DNA of 64,000 bases from positions 1,240,001 through 1,304,000 of the forward strand of contig JABVCE010000003.1 in the NCBI GenBank assembly GCA_014905635.1, in the 5' to 3' direction. The position numbers and the translations under genes were made by a program. Source of the stretch: Scenedesmus sp. PABB004. Its lineage: Eukaryota. Below the pieces are notes generated by a model that was given only the letters and a program-made list of their open reading frames with translations, was not told the DNA's origin and did not search any database. This document shows, piece after piece, positions 1 through 11,815 of this stretch (position 1 is the first letter of the stretch; the number at the start of each line of letters is the position of its first letter).

Positions 1-38
1 CGCGGCGCCGCGCTCACCCGCGCCCGCCGCGCGCGCAG

Positions 39-810
39 GCACGGCACGCACGTCGCGGGCATCGCCGGCGCGGCGAACAACGGCGCGGGCGTCGTCGGCG
101 TCGCGCCGGGGCTGCCCGTGTTCAGCCTCAAGGTCCTCAACGGCGAGGGCAGCGGCAGCATGAGCGACGCGCTCGCCGCCGTGCTCTGGGCGGCGGGCCC
201 CGAGGGCGTGGCCGCCGGCATCAAGGTCATCAACCTCAGCCTCGCCGGCATGCTCGACCCGGCGCGCCCCGACCACGACGAGACGCTCTCGAGCGTGTGC
301 GGCGTGTTTGCGTCCGCCGCGGAGGGCCCCGCGGGGCTGCTCATCGTCGCCGCGGCGGGCAACTACGGCGACTCCATCTACAACGTCCTTCCCGCCGCCT
401 GCCCCGCCGTCGCGGCGGTCACGGGCGTCGACGGGCGCTACAACGAGGCCGCAAGCTTCTCCAACTTCCTACCCAGCACCGCGCCCGAGGCGGAGCGGGG
501 CCGCGTCATCGCGGCGCCCGCGGTTGCGGTGGTGTCGACCATGCCCTACTCCAAGGACCCGACCGGCTACCGGGCGCTCTCGGGCACCAGCCAGGCCGCG
601 CCGCACGTGTCGGGCATCGCCGCGACCTGCCTCGCCGCGGGGCCGTGCGCCGTGCCGACGACGGGGCTCGGCAAGCTCGCGGTGCTGCAGGCCGCGGCGC
701 GCGAGCGCGTCGCCGCGCCCGACGGCGCGTCGTACGCGTTCACCGGCGACGCGTCGCGGCCGGGGCTCAGCAGCCGCTACTATGGCCTCCTCACATGGGC
801 CAAGTACTGA
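39..810 (+). CDS. Subtilisin-like S8 serine protease, last exon (5' part lies outside the window)
   Basis: Acceptor CAG ends at 38. The exon encodes HGTHVAG (catalytic His), AAAGN (oxyanion Asn) and SGTSQAAPHV (catalytic Ser). Stop TGA at 808-810. Confidence 0.9.
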
Positions 811-2581
811 CGGCGGCCTGCTGCTCACATGGTCCAAGCACTGGCGGCGCGGCGCGCGCCCCCGCTGCGGGGCGCCGCCGCGCCGGCGCAGGCGCCCCGC
901 GCTGCTGCTGGTGCTGCTGCCTGCTGGAGAGCAGAGCCGAACTGCACGCTCCGCACCCACACTGCACATTCACAGCCGCTCGCGGCCAGCATGCGTCCCT
1001 CCCACCGCACCGCCCTGACAGGGCGGCGGGCACGCGCCCGCCGCCCGTCTCCACGCGCTCCCCCGTCCCTGGTTTGACTGATCTGATCCCTTGCTCACGC
1101 GTGCTTGAATCCGTACGGCCCAGCGCGCCCGCGGGCCGATTGGCCTGGGCGCGCTCCGGCTGCTCCGCAGGCCGCGCTCGTCGCTGCGCGGTGGCGCGGC
1201 CCGTGATCAATCCTCACGCCAGTCTGCCGGGACCCACGCATCCCTTTTGCTTCTCGACCCCTGCGCACGCATCAGCTCCTGCCCGCGCCCCGGATACGCA
1301 CTGCACCCCTGCACCCTGGGGGTTGTACATTCTCGCGCGCCAAGGCGCAGAGGGAGGGGACGGAGGATAGGGTTGTTTGAGGGTGGCGAATAGGGGCCAT
1401 GGTTTTGGGAGGGCGCCGGCGGCGCACAGCCGATTTACTCACTGCTGGCCGGGTTTTTTCACTCGCTCGCGCGGCCGGCTGCCCGCGTGGGCGCGCGTGA
1501 CGCGGCCTGCGGCCTGGCCGCGCCGCTCCGCACCTGCTGTGCTCTGTCATCGTGGGCCTCTGCGTGTGTGAACGCCAGCGCACGCGCTCGGCCGCATTCT
1601 TCTTCGCCTCACCTCCCTGCGTGGCGGCTCGCCCGCGCTCACGCATTCCCAGACCGACTTTCATTGATTCGGGTGCCTCCACAGACAGACACTTGCGCAA
1701 CGGCAGCGGCATGGGGAAAAGGATTTTTGGGCAGTTGGGTGTGTGGGTGCTGGCTGTGCACGGATGGACGGGATAGGGTGGGAGCGCGTGCGTGCGTGCG
1801 CGCACCGCAGAACGATGAGGCTAGGCCAGGCCAGGCCTGGGCCTCGAGCTCGGCTCGGTCGCAGCGCCTGCTGCGCTTGCGCCATGTCGCCATGTCAAGG
1901 GCGGTGGCGTCTCTCTCGGCAGCCTTCTCACACCTCTCACACGCTCTGTCGACAAATGTCGCGGAGCATGCTCAAACGGGGGTTGGAAGAGGGCTGTGTG
2001 CTGTGCTCGCGCGCATGCCGCTTGCGTCGGAGCTTGCTTGGAGCTTGCCTTCCCCACGGACCCTTGCTGGCGCTTGCCGCCTAGCGCGTGCCGGGCCGCA
2101 GCAGCAGCAGGCTGTAGCAGTAGCACGAGTACGCTTTTGATCGGTCAAGTCGTGCGCCCCATTTGCCCGCTGGCTCCCCGCTGGCGCGCCCTCGCATGCA
2201 CCTGGCTGGCCCCAGGCGCCGGCTGGATCACGGGGGCATGGCATGGCGGCTCAATCACTTGATGCATGCCTGCTTGAGAAGAAGCACTTGCACCGCCTGG
2301 GCGTGGCGTTGCGCGGCCCTGTCGTCGTCGCAGCAGTGAGATGTCGACCGCGCGTGCTGCTTGGTCGTCGTCGGGCTTCCTGCACCGATCACCTCATCTC
2401 TGAGAGCGCAATCCCAGACTCTAGGCAGCGAGTCAGGAACCCAGAGAGAAAGCTGGATTTGTCACCTGCTGCTCCAGCGCTGCAGGCAGGGTTGCGCTCC
2501 GGCGAGAAATCCTCAAACTTGTAAACCCCAACTCGCCGCTGCCGCTGTCTTGTCGTGCAGCGCCGCCGCTGCTGCTCTGGC

Positions 2582-2621
2582 GTCATCATAGTGGCTTGTG
2601 TCATCATAGTGGCTTGTGTCA
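2582..2621. repeat. Perfect 18-bp tandem duplication (GTCATCATAGTGGCTTGT x2.2)
   Basis: Read directly at 2582-2599, 2600-2617 and GTCA 2618-2621. Confidence 0.9.
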
Positions 2622-3176
2622 GCTGCTGGCAGGTGATCAGCCCTCTGGAGAGCGCAAACGGGCGGCGGCGTGGCGGCGCGGCGCGGCGGCCGCGCAGGCA
2701 GGTGACGCGCCCGCCCGCCTGCCGCGCCGGCTCTCAACAGGCCGGCCCACGTGCAGCCCCGTCGCTCTCCCACACGCCGAGCGGTGCCCCGGACCGCGAA
2801 GCTGCGCGCTGCGCCTGCAGCGGCCGCTCCCGCCACCCGTCGATCAAAAGGGCGCGGCGCAACGGATCGCTCGAAAGGGCGCCTCCCGCTACCAATCAAC
2901 GCGCAGCCTCTTGTTCCCGGCCTGCGGGGCCGGCAGCGCCCAGGTGCGGCGCGGGCGGGCGGTGCGCCGCGCCGCTGCTGCCGCGGCGCCCTGCCGCCGC
3001 AGCGGCGCGCCCCCGCAGCCATGCAGCGTGCACGCTGCGATCCTTAACATAGGTGCACGCCTGCAGCGTTGCAGCCCGCGCCATGCGCCGCCGCCCGGCG
3101 CTGCTGCTGCGCTCGGCGCGAGCGCCCACGCCCGCGCCGCGCCGCGCCGCCCTGCCGCACAGCGCCGCCGGGGGCC

Positions 3177-4307
3177 ATGGCGGTGGCCGTCGGGGACCGC
3201 GTGGTGGTCGCCAAGCAGCGGGCGACGGTGCGCTACGTCGGGCCGGTGGACGGGCAGGACGGCACCTGGGTCGGGGTGGAATGGGACGACCCGGCGCGCG
3301 GCAAGCACGACGGCACGGCCGGCGGGCGGCGCTACTTTGCGTGCGCGTCGGACGCGCCCATGCCGGCGTCGTTCGTCCGTGCCGCCAAGGTCGCCCCCGG
3401 CGGCGGCGTGGCCGACGCGCTGCGGCTGCGCTACACCAACCAGCTCGGCGAGGGCGGCGGCGCGGCGCCGGGCGACGCGCAGGCCTTCCTGACCGCGCCG
3501 GGCGGGCGGCGCAAGGTGTGGGTGGAGCTCGTGGGCGAGGAGGCCGTCACGGCGCGCCTCAGCCGCACGGAGCTGCTCACCGCCGCGCGGGTCGTGGGCG
3601 CCAACGTCTCGCACGCGGTGCGCGGCAGCGGCGGCGGCGCGAGAGGGGGGGGGGGCATCGCGCGCCGCCGCCGCCATCGCGCGCCGCCGCCGTCACGCGC
3701 CCGGCCGCCGCCGTCGCGCGCGCCGGCAGGGCCCGCCCGGCGCGCTCGCGGCGGCGGCGCCCGCGCTGCAGCAGCTCGACCTCAGTGACAACCTCATCTC
3801 TACCTGGGCGGCGGCGGCGGCCATCTGCGGGGAGCTGCCGGCGCTGCGGGCGCTCGTTCTCAGCCACAACCGGCTGGCGCTGCCGCGCGGCGTCGCCGAG
3901 GCGGCGCGCCTGCCGGCGCTGCCGGGGCTGCGCTGCCTCGTGCTCAACCAGTGCGGCGTCACGTGGCAGCAGGCGCGGCGCACGGGGGCGGGCCGCGCGA
4001 GGCGTGCGCGGGCAGCTCGCAGGGGCTCACAGGGACTCGTGCGCCGCCGGCGCCGCCGCCGGCGACGCAGGTGGGCGTGCTGCTGCGCTGCCTTCCAAAC
4101 CTGGAGGAGCTGCACGTGTGCGGCAACGGCATCACCAGCCTGCGCATCGACCTTGATGAGCCGCAGCAGGAGCCGCAGGGCGCCCTGCAGGCGCTGCCCG
4201 GCGCCGCGAGCCTGCAGGTGAGCGCGGTCCGCGGCGGCGCCGCAGCGCGCCGCCCTCCCGTTAAAACGGCGCGCCGCGCCGTTTTGCCATGCCAAGCCAC
4301 CTGCTGA

Positions 4308-4360
<53 letters not shown>

Positions 4361-4953
4361 GCTGGGGCGCAGGTGCTCGGGCTCGAAGACAACGCCATCT
4401 CCGACTGGCAGGAGGTGGTGCGGCTCGCCGGTCTGCCGGCGCTGCAGCGCCTGCACCTCAGCGGCAACCCGCTGCCCGCGCTCGCCTACCCGGCCGCGCC
4501 CGTGCCGCCGGACGCGCTGCTCGCCGCCGCGCCGCCGCCGCGCGGCGCCGCCGACGCGTCGCGCCCGCGCGGCGGCGGCGTGGACGGCGGCGGCGCCCCG
4601 TTTGCGAGGCTCGAGGCGCTGCTGCTCGGCGGCTGCCTGCTCGCCAGCTGGGGCGACGTGGACGAGCTCAATGCCTTCCCCTGCCTGCGCGAGACGCGGC
4701 TCAGCGGCAACCCGCTGTTCGGCGGCAGCGCCGGCGGCGGCGGGCGGCGCTTCGAGGTGCGGCGCGCGCAGGCGGCGCGCGCGGGCGCCGCGGGGCCCAG
4801 CCTTCAGCCGCGCGTGCGCGCGCAGGTCATCGGGCGCGTGGGCGGGCTGACGCTGCTCAACGGCGCGGACGTGAAGCCGCGTGAGCGGCGCGACTGTGAG
4901 CTGCGCTACCTGCAGAGCATCCTGGCCGACGGCGCCGACGCGGCGCGGCAGGG

Positions 4954-4996
<43 letters not shown>

Positions 4997-5621
4997 CAGC
5001 AGCAGCAAGAGCATGAGCAGCAGCAGGAGCAGCGGGCACACCCGCGGATGGCGGAGCTGCTCGCCAAATACGGGCAGGTCAGGTGAGGCCACGGCGCGCT
5101 GCGGCTGCGGCGGCACGGCGCTGCGGGGCGCCCCGCAGGCGGCGCGCGCTCGTGCGTGCGTGCGCCCACGTGCGCTGCGCCCGCCGCGCCCCGCCCTGCG
5201 CAGCGCCGCCGCGGCGCGGCCCGCGGCGGCGGGCAGCGCGCTGCGCGCGTCCGCCGCGCAGGTGCGCCTCGTGTGCGGCGCCGCGTCGGTCGTCAAGAAG
5301 CTGCCCGGCAGCACCACCGTGGGCGCGCTGCGCCTGCTCGCGGCGCGGCTGTTCCGGCTGCCGCCCGACCAGCTGTCGCTGACGCTCGAGCGCGACGCCG
5401 GCCGCGGCGGCGAGGACGTCGGCGGCGACGACACCAAGCCCCTCGCCTTTTGGGACGTCGCCGACGGCGCCACCATCGCCGTGGGCCGGCTCGACGCGGG
5501 CGACGCGGGCGCGGCGGGCGCGGCCGCGGCCGCCGCCGCGGCGGCGCGCGAGGCCGCCGCGGCCGCGCAGCTCGCGTCGGGCGAGGCGCTCCGCGCGGCG
5601 GCCGCGGCGGCGCTGGGCTGA
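3177..5621 (+). CDS. TBCE: Tubulin-folding cofactor E (CAP-Gly, LRR, ubiquitin-like), about 6 exons
   Basis: CAP-Gly motif YVGPVDGQDGTWVGVEWDDPARGKHDG; LRRs (LDLSDNL, LVLSHN, LHLSGNPL); ERRDCELRYL; C-terminal UBL KKLPGSTTVGALRLLAARLF. One GC-AG intron at 3973. Confidence 0.9.
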
Positions 5622-5986
5622 CTGGGCTGACGGCCGGCCGCGTTTGCCAGGGGCGCTAGGCCTGCAGGGCGTGGATTTTTTGCGCGCGCTGCGCGTCGTT
5701 GAACCGCAGCAGCTGCGGCGCCGCGCGCGCGAACGAGTGCCCGGGCGCCCGGCAGCTCGCCCTCACCTCAGCCCTCCGTGCAGGCGCCTGCCGCCCGCTG
5801 TAGCGCCGCTGCCAGCAGAGGCATGGCCGTGCCAGCAGCAGAGGAATGATTGGCCGTCCCCCAGGCGCGCACGCTGCTCGGCAGAACTTGACGATCGCCC
5901 ACGCTGCTCCTCGCGTCAGCAGCAGCGCTCCCGGCATCGCGCTCCCGCGGGCGCCGAGCGGCGCGCGCAGCGGCGCGGGGCGCAGG

Positions 5987-6800
5987 ATGGCCGGCGCCAG
6001 CGCCGCGCCGCGGCTGGAGCAGCGGACGAGCATCGTGTCCAGCCTGGACGACTACCGCATCATCTCCAACATCGACACCAGCGGCGTTCCCGACGCGCTG
6101 AAGAAGGACTGCATCCTCTTTTACACGCCCGACACCGAGCCGCTGGCGCGCAAGATCGCGGCGCAGGGCGACCACGTGCAGCTGGGCAACATACGCTGGA
6201 AGTGAGCGCGCCCGCCGGCGGGCCCGGCGGGCCCGCGGCACGCCGGCCTGCCGGGCGGCGGCCGGCGCTGCTGCCGCTGCTGCCGCCGCCGCTGTCGCCG
6301 CTGCCACCTCCGCTGCCGTGCAGCCCAGCTGTGGCGGCGGTGACGGCGGCCGCGCGACGTCGGGCCGGCGCGGCAGCGCGCTGATCGCAGCCGCGGCCGC
6401 GGCGCGGCGGCAGCAGCGGCGGTGGGCGGGCGGGGCCGCTGCCGCTGCTGCTGCTAGGGTTGTGGTCCGCCGCCCACACGCGCCCCGCCCCCGCGGCGGC
6501 GGCGCGGCGCAGGTGCTTCCCCGACGGCTTCCCCGACCTGTTTGTGCACAAGGCGACCGACATCCGCAACCGCCACGTCGGCTTCCTCGCCTCGTTCCAC
6601 GACCCCGCCCGCATCTTTGAGCAGATCAGCATAATCTACGCCCTGCCCCGCCTCTTCATCGGGAGCTTCACGCTCGTGCTGCCCTTCTTCCCCACCGGCA
6701 CCGCCGAGCGTGTGCGCGGCGGCGCGCGGTCACGGCGGGTCGTGGCGGCGGCGGCCGGCGCGCGCCGCGGGCGCCGGCGCCGGCCCACGCGGCGCGTCCG

Positions 6801-6831
<31 letters not shown>

Positions 6832-8513
6832 GCAGGTCGAGACGGAGGGTGACGTCGCGACCGCGTTCACGCTCGCGCGCATCCTCTCCAACATCCCGCC
6901 CAGCCGCGGCGGCCCGACGAGCATCGTGATCTTTGACATCCACGCCCTGCAGGCAAGCTGCGCGCGGCGGGAGCAGGGAGGGCGGCACGGCGCAGCGCCG
7001 CAGCGCGGGCGCGGGCGCGGGGCCGGGCCGGCAGCGCGCGGCGCACGGCGCGCGCACCGCCGCCGACGCCTGCCCCGCCTCCGCGTGCGCGTGGCTTGCA
7101 GGAGCGCTTCTACTTTGGCGACGGCGTGCTGCCGCTGTTTGAGTCGGGAATCCCGCTGCTGCTGGAGCGGCTCAAGGCGCTGCCAGACCAGGACAAGGCG
7201 CGCCGCACCCGCCGCACCCGCGCCCGCACCCGCCGCCGCGCCCTCGCCCTCGCCCCCGCCCTCGCGCCGCCGCCGCCGCTCACGCCCCGCGCCGCGCTGT
7301 GCCCACGCGGCCGCAGGTGACGATCGCGTACCCCGACGAGGGCGCGTGGAAGCGCTTCCACTACCAGTTCCGTGACGAGGGATACCCGGAGGTCATCTGC
7401 ACCAAGGTCCGCGACGGAGCAAAGCGCATCGTGCGGCTCAAGGTGACGCGCGGCACGGGGGCGCGCGGCGGCGGCGAGAGCGGCGGGGCAGGGGGCGGCG
7501 GGAGGGGGCGGGCGCGCGCGCGGCGCGGACGCGGGGCCACCGACGCGGGGCCGCCGGCGCCGGCGGGCGCGGCGCCCGCAGGAGGGCGAGCCACAGGACC
7601 GGCACGTCGTGATCGTGGATGACCTGGTGCAGAGCGGCGGCACGCTCATAGAGTGCCACGCGCTGCTCAGCAGCCTCGGCGCCAAGCACGGTGCGCGCGC
7701 GGCGGCGCGGCCGCGGGCGCGTGCGACACACAGCCAGCGGCGCCAGCGACAGGCGGCAGCGGCGCCAGGTGCAGGCGGTGCCAGGCGGAAGCGACGGGCA
7801 GCAGGCAGCGCCAGGCGGTATGTCAGGTCTGCTCGCCGCCCCTCACGGGGCGCCGCGGTGCCTGCAGACTGTTACACCCCTGGCACAGCACAGCAGCCCC
7901 GCGCCGGCGCCGCGCCCGCCGTTTTGGCGGGCGTGACGCCGCGCCGCGGGGCCCCGGTGCGCCGCGCTCTTCGCCGCTGCGGGCAGCGGCGCCGGCCCCC
8001 CAGGGGCGGCGCCGCCCGCCGTGCCCGCAGCAGCAGCTCCCGCACACATCCCGCGCTCCCCGCACCGCGCCAGCGCCGACCGCCGCGCGGGCACCACGTG
8101 CCCGCTGCTCCGCACCCACCGCCCCGCCCCACCCCACCGCCCCACCGCCCCGCCGCGCCCTCTCGGCCAGTGAGCGCGTACGTCACGCACGGCGTGTTCC
8201 CCAACGGCAGCTGGAACAAGTTCAAGGCCGACGGCGGCGGTGCGTGCGGGGGGCAGCGCGCTCGCCGCACCGCGCCGCGCCGCGCCGGCGCTCACGGCCG
8301 GCCGCCGCGCCGCGCCGCGCCGCGCCGCGCCGCGCCGCACCGCGCCGCGCCGCGCCGCGCCGCGCCGCCGCAGAGGGCGCGGCGGCGACGCTGGGCTTCC
8401 GCTATTTCTGGCTGACCGACAGCTGCCCCCAGACCGTGGCGGACGTCGCGGAGCGGCAGCCGTTTGAGGTGCTCACGCTCGCCGGGCCCATCGCGCAGGC
8501 GCTGCAGATCTGA
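5987..8513 (+). CDS. PRS4: Ribose-phosphate pyrophosphokinase (plant class II, PRS3/PRS4-like), multi-exon
   Basis: Spliced exons give [68 protein letters not shown] and AYVTHGVFP. Stop TGA at 8511-8513. Confidence 0.9.
7808..8051 (+). ncRNA. Intronic box H/ACA snoRNA candidate, three-hairpin, U19/snR191-like (predicted LSU helix 69 pseudouridine guide)
   Basis: Lies in the 480-nt PRS intron 7691-8170. Stems GCCAGG/CCTGGC and GGTCTGC/GCAGACT; pocket GUCA + GUUAC; H box ACAGCA at 7885-7890, 14 nt below the upper stem; final stem GTGCG/CGCAC followed by ACA at 8046-8048. Confidence 0.7.
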
Positions 8514-8891
8514 CCTGCATCTGCAGCGCCCGCCGCCGCCGCGGCGGCGAGCGCTCCGCGCGCCCAGAGGGCGCGTCGCGGCGCGGTCGCACCGCGCCGC
8601 GCGCGTCGGCGCCGCTGGCGGCTGGCCAGCGGCGCCGCGCGGCAGGCGGCAGCGACGTGCGTGATCGGGGCGCGGGCGTGGGGTGTACAAACAGGAGATG
8701 GTTCCCACAAGCACTGCCGTGTCCGGGGGCACGCGGGGTCTTGCAGAGCAGAAGCGCTGCAACCGGCAAGCGTCCGTCGGCGGCGCATGAGATCACGTCG
8801 CCCCCCTGGCCAGTGCAGCGTTTCGTGCCGCGTGCCGTTCCCGCGCAGCCGGAGAGAACCGGACGCTGCCGCACGAGCGCGCCGCAGCAGC

Positions 8892-11374
8892 ATGTTGCGC
8901 GCCGCCGCACGCCGGCTGCCGTTCGCGGCGCTGGCGGCCTCAGTGACCGCGTACGCCCATGACGTGAGTGGGAGCGGGGCTTCAGCGCCCTGGCGCCGGG
9001 CTGCTTCGCGGTCGGCCGACAGCAGCGGCGGCAGCGCGGAGCGCGCTCGGGCCGTCCGCTCGCTCTGCTGCGCGCACGTCGCCAGCGTGGAGTTTCAGCA
9101 CCACACGCGCGCCCCGCACGCCACGCCGCGCCGCCGCAGGCCGGTCTGCTGGGCGGCGCCGGCGCCGCGCTCGCTGCGCACGCCGACCAGTCGCCCGCGG
9201 GCCCGCTCGACCCCAACGCGTTTGTTGACCTGAAGCTGATCGCCAAGGAGAAGCTGACGCACAACAGCTTCTCGCTCAAGTGCGGCGCGGTCGAGTGTGC
9301 TGGCACGCGGCGCGCGCAGCGGCCAGCCCCCCGAGCACCGCCCGGCCGCGCCGCAGGTTTGAGCTGCCCGGCGGCGCGCCCGCCAACCTACCGGTCGCGA
9401 GCTGCCTGCTGACCAAGGCCACGATCCAGGGCCCCGAGGACGACGCGCCCAAGGTGGTCGTCAGGTGCGGCCGGCGCGCGCGCAGCCCCGCCGGCGCAGG
9501 CGCGCCGCGCCGCGCTCGCGGCGAGCGCCGAGCGGCGCGGGCGCCGAGCAGCGCACGCGGCGGCGCAGGCCCTACACGCCCGTGAGCGCGCCGGACGCGC
9601 CCGGGTACCTCGAGCTGGTGGTCAAGGCGTACGCCAAGGTGTGGCGGCGCAGCCGCCGCCGCCGCCGCCGCAGTCGGCCGGCGCGGCCGGGAGGGCGCTG
9701 GGGTGCCGGCCGCGGCAGCGCCGCCCGCCGCGGGGCCGCCCAGCGCCCCGCCCGCCCGCGCCGCCGCCCCAGGGCCGCATGTCCAAGCACATGGATGACA
9801 TGAAGGTGACCCTGGCCGTGCCTGCTGCGTCCGCTGCTGCGTCTGCGCCTGCTGCGCCTGCCGCGCCTGCTGCGCCTCCTGCTGCGCCTGCTGCCGCTGA
9901 GCTGCAGTGCGCGCCTCGGCCACGCGCGTGCCGCGCCGCCGGCGGCGCCGTCGCCGACCCCGCTGCCCGCCGCGCGCAGGTCGGCGACACGCTCGCGTTC
10001 AAGGTGGGGTGCTGCCCGCGCCGCTGCCCGCCCCGCCGCGCTGCCGCCTGCACCGCACTGCACGTCCCTCCCTCCCTCCTGCACGCACGCACGCACGCGC
10101 GCACGCACGCGCGCCCGCCGCGCAGGGCCCCGTGCCCAAGTACCCCTACAAGGCCAACGAGAAGAAGGAGATTGGCATGATTGCAGGTGGCGCCGCGGCG
10201 CCGGGGGCGCAGCAGCCGCTCCGGCCCCATCGCGGCGCCGCGCGCGGCGCGCCCACAGCGCGCTGCTGACGCCCGCCGCCGCCGCCCGCCCGCCCGCCCG
10301 CCGCCCGCCCGCCCCCGCCGCCCGCCCGCCCGCCCGCCGCCGCCCGCCCGCCCGCCCGCCCGCCCGCCCGCCCGCCCGCCGCCCGCCCGCCCGCCCGCCC
10401 GCCCGCCCGCCCGCCCGCCCGCCCGCCCGCCCGCCCGCCGCCGCCGGCCGCGCTGCGTGGCAGGCGGGACGGGCATCACGCCGATGCTCCAGGTCGCGGA
10501 GCACATCCTGCGCAACCCGGCGGGTGCGGGGCGTCCCGGCGCCCGGGGCCCGCGCGCCGCCCCGCGCCCGGCGGCGGCGCAGCGCCCACCGCGCGCGCGC
10601 GCCGCGCCCGGCGCCGGCGCCCGCCCCAGTCCGCCTCGCCGCGCCGCGCCGCGCCGCGCCGCGCCGCGCCGCGCAGACGCGACGCGCGTGAGCCTGATCT
10701 TTGCCAACGTGAGCGAGGACGACATCCTGCTGAAGCCCCACATCGACGCCCTCGCCGCGGCGCACCCGGGGCGGTTCAGGGTTCACTACGTCGTCGACAA
10801 GCCCAAGTGCGTCAGGCGCAGGCAGCACGCTGGCGGCGCCCTGATGTCAGCGGGCGCAGCACCCGCCCGCGCCGCGGCGCCGTTGACCCCCGAGCACCGC
10901 CGCCGCCGCCGCGGCCGCGCCGCGTCGTCGTACCTAGGTGGGGCGGCATCTTCTGGGGCGGCGGCGTCGGCTACGTGAGCCGCGAGATGGTCACGAAGCA
11001 CATGCCCGCGCCCGCGGCCGGCAGCGCCGCGCTCATCATGGTCTGCGGCCCGCCGGGTGCGCGGCCGCCCAGCCCGGCCGCGCGCGCGCCGCGCGCCGCG
11101 CGCCGCCTGCGCTGCACGCCGCCCGCCCCTGGCGCGCGCTGCGCGCGCGCGGCCCGCCCCCGACGCGCGCGCGCCGGTCAGGCATGATGGCCGCGGTGAG
11201 CGGCAACAAGGCCAAGGACTTCTCCCAGGGCGAGCTGAGCGGGCTGCTGCAGGACATGGGGTGCGGCGGCGGCGGGGCCCGGGCTCGCGCGCGGCGCGGG
11301 GGCCTGCGCTGCCGAGCTGGCGCGCGCCCGCCCCGCCCCGCAGCTACACCAAGGATCAGGTCTACAAGTTCTGA
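8892..11374 (+). CDS. NADH-cytochrome b5 reductase (probably mitochondrial type), multi-exon
   Basis: Motifs VVRPYTP, LVVKAY, GRMSKH, IGMIAGGTGITPMLQ, SLIFANVSEDDILLK, MVCGPPGMM, ending YTKDQVYKF*. The N-terminus MLRAAARRL resembles a presequence. Confidence 0.9.
10271..10440 (+). repeat. (GCCC)n microsatellite in an intron of the cytochrome b5 reductase gene
   Basis: About 170 bp of imperfect GCCC/GCC repeats between branch-like CTGAC (10266) and acceptor AG (10463). Confidence 0.9.
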
Positions 11375-11815
11375 CCGACAGCTGGCGCGCCTGCTCCAGC
11401 GAGAGGCTGGGCGCGCCCCCGGCGCGCGCGCGGGCGCCGGTCACGGCGTGAGCACCGGCCCGGGGGCGCGGCCGACCGGCGGCGCGGCGCCTGCTGCGCG
11501 CTGCGGTAACGCCGCCCTCGTCGTCGGGTCTGGTGGCGCGGTCGCCGGGGGACGGCGGTCGTCAGCGGTTGGCGGCACCCGCTCCAGCACGCGGCCGCGC
11601 AGCGCCGCCGCCGCGCGGAACCCTGAAAGCCGCGCCGCCTGCTCTGGGGGCGGAAGGCGTCACTCAGGTCGCGCATGCGGTCGCGCTGCGGCAGCGAGCG
11701 TCGAGCAGCGAAAAATCCGCTCGGACGCGTACCCGCTTGAGCGAGTAAGCGCCCGCCAGCCGCCCATGTGCGCCGCGCGTGCGCGCATGGAGCGCGTTCC
11801 CGTGTGAGGGGCGGC

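Noticed and set aside
8964..9140. ACAGCA and a later ACA in the first cytochrome b5 reductase intron, resembling H/ACA boxes
   Set aside because: No stem closes directly before either box and no pocket with canonical spacing is present.
9820..9900. Antisense AQQ-like repeat (GCGCCTGCT)n in a cytochrome b5 reductase intron, suggesting a nested gene
   Set aside because: It is a simple repeat with no flanking coding signal or splice structure on the minus strand.
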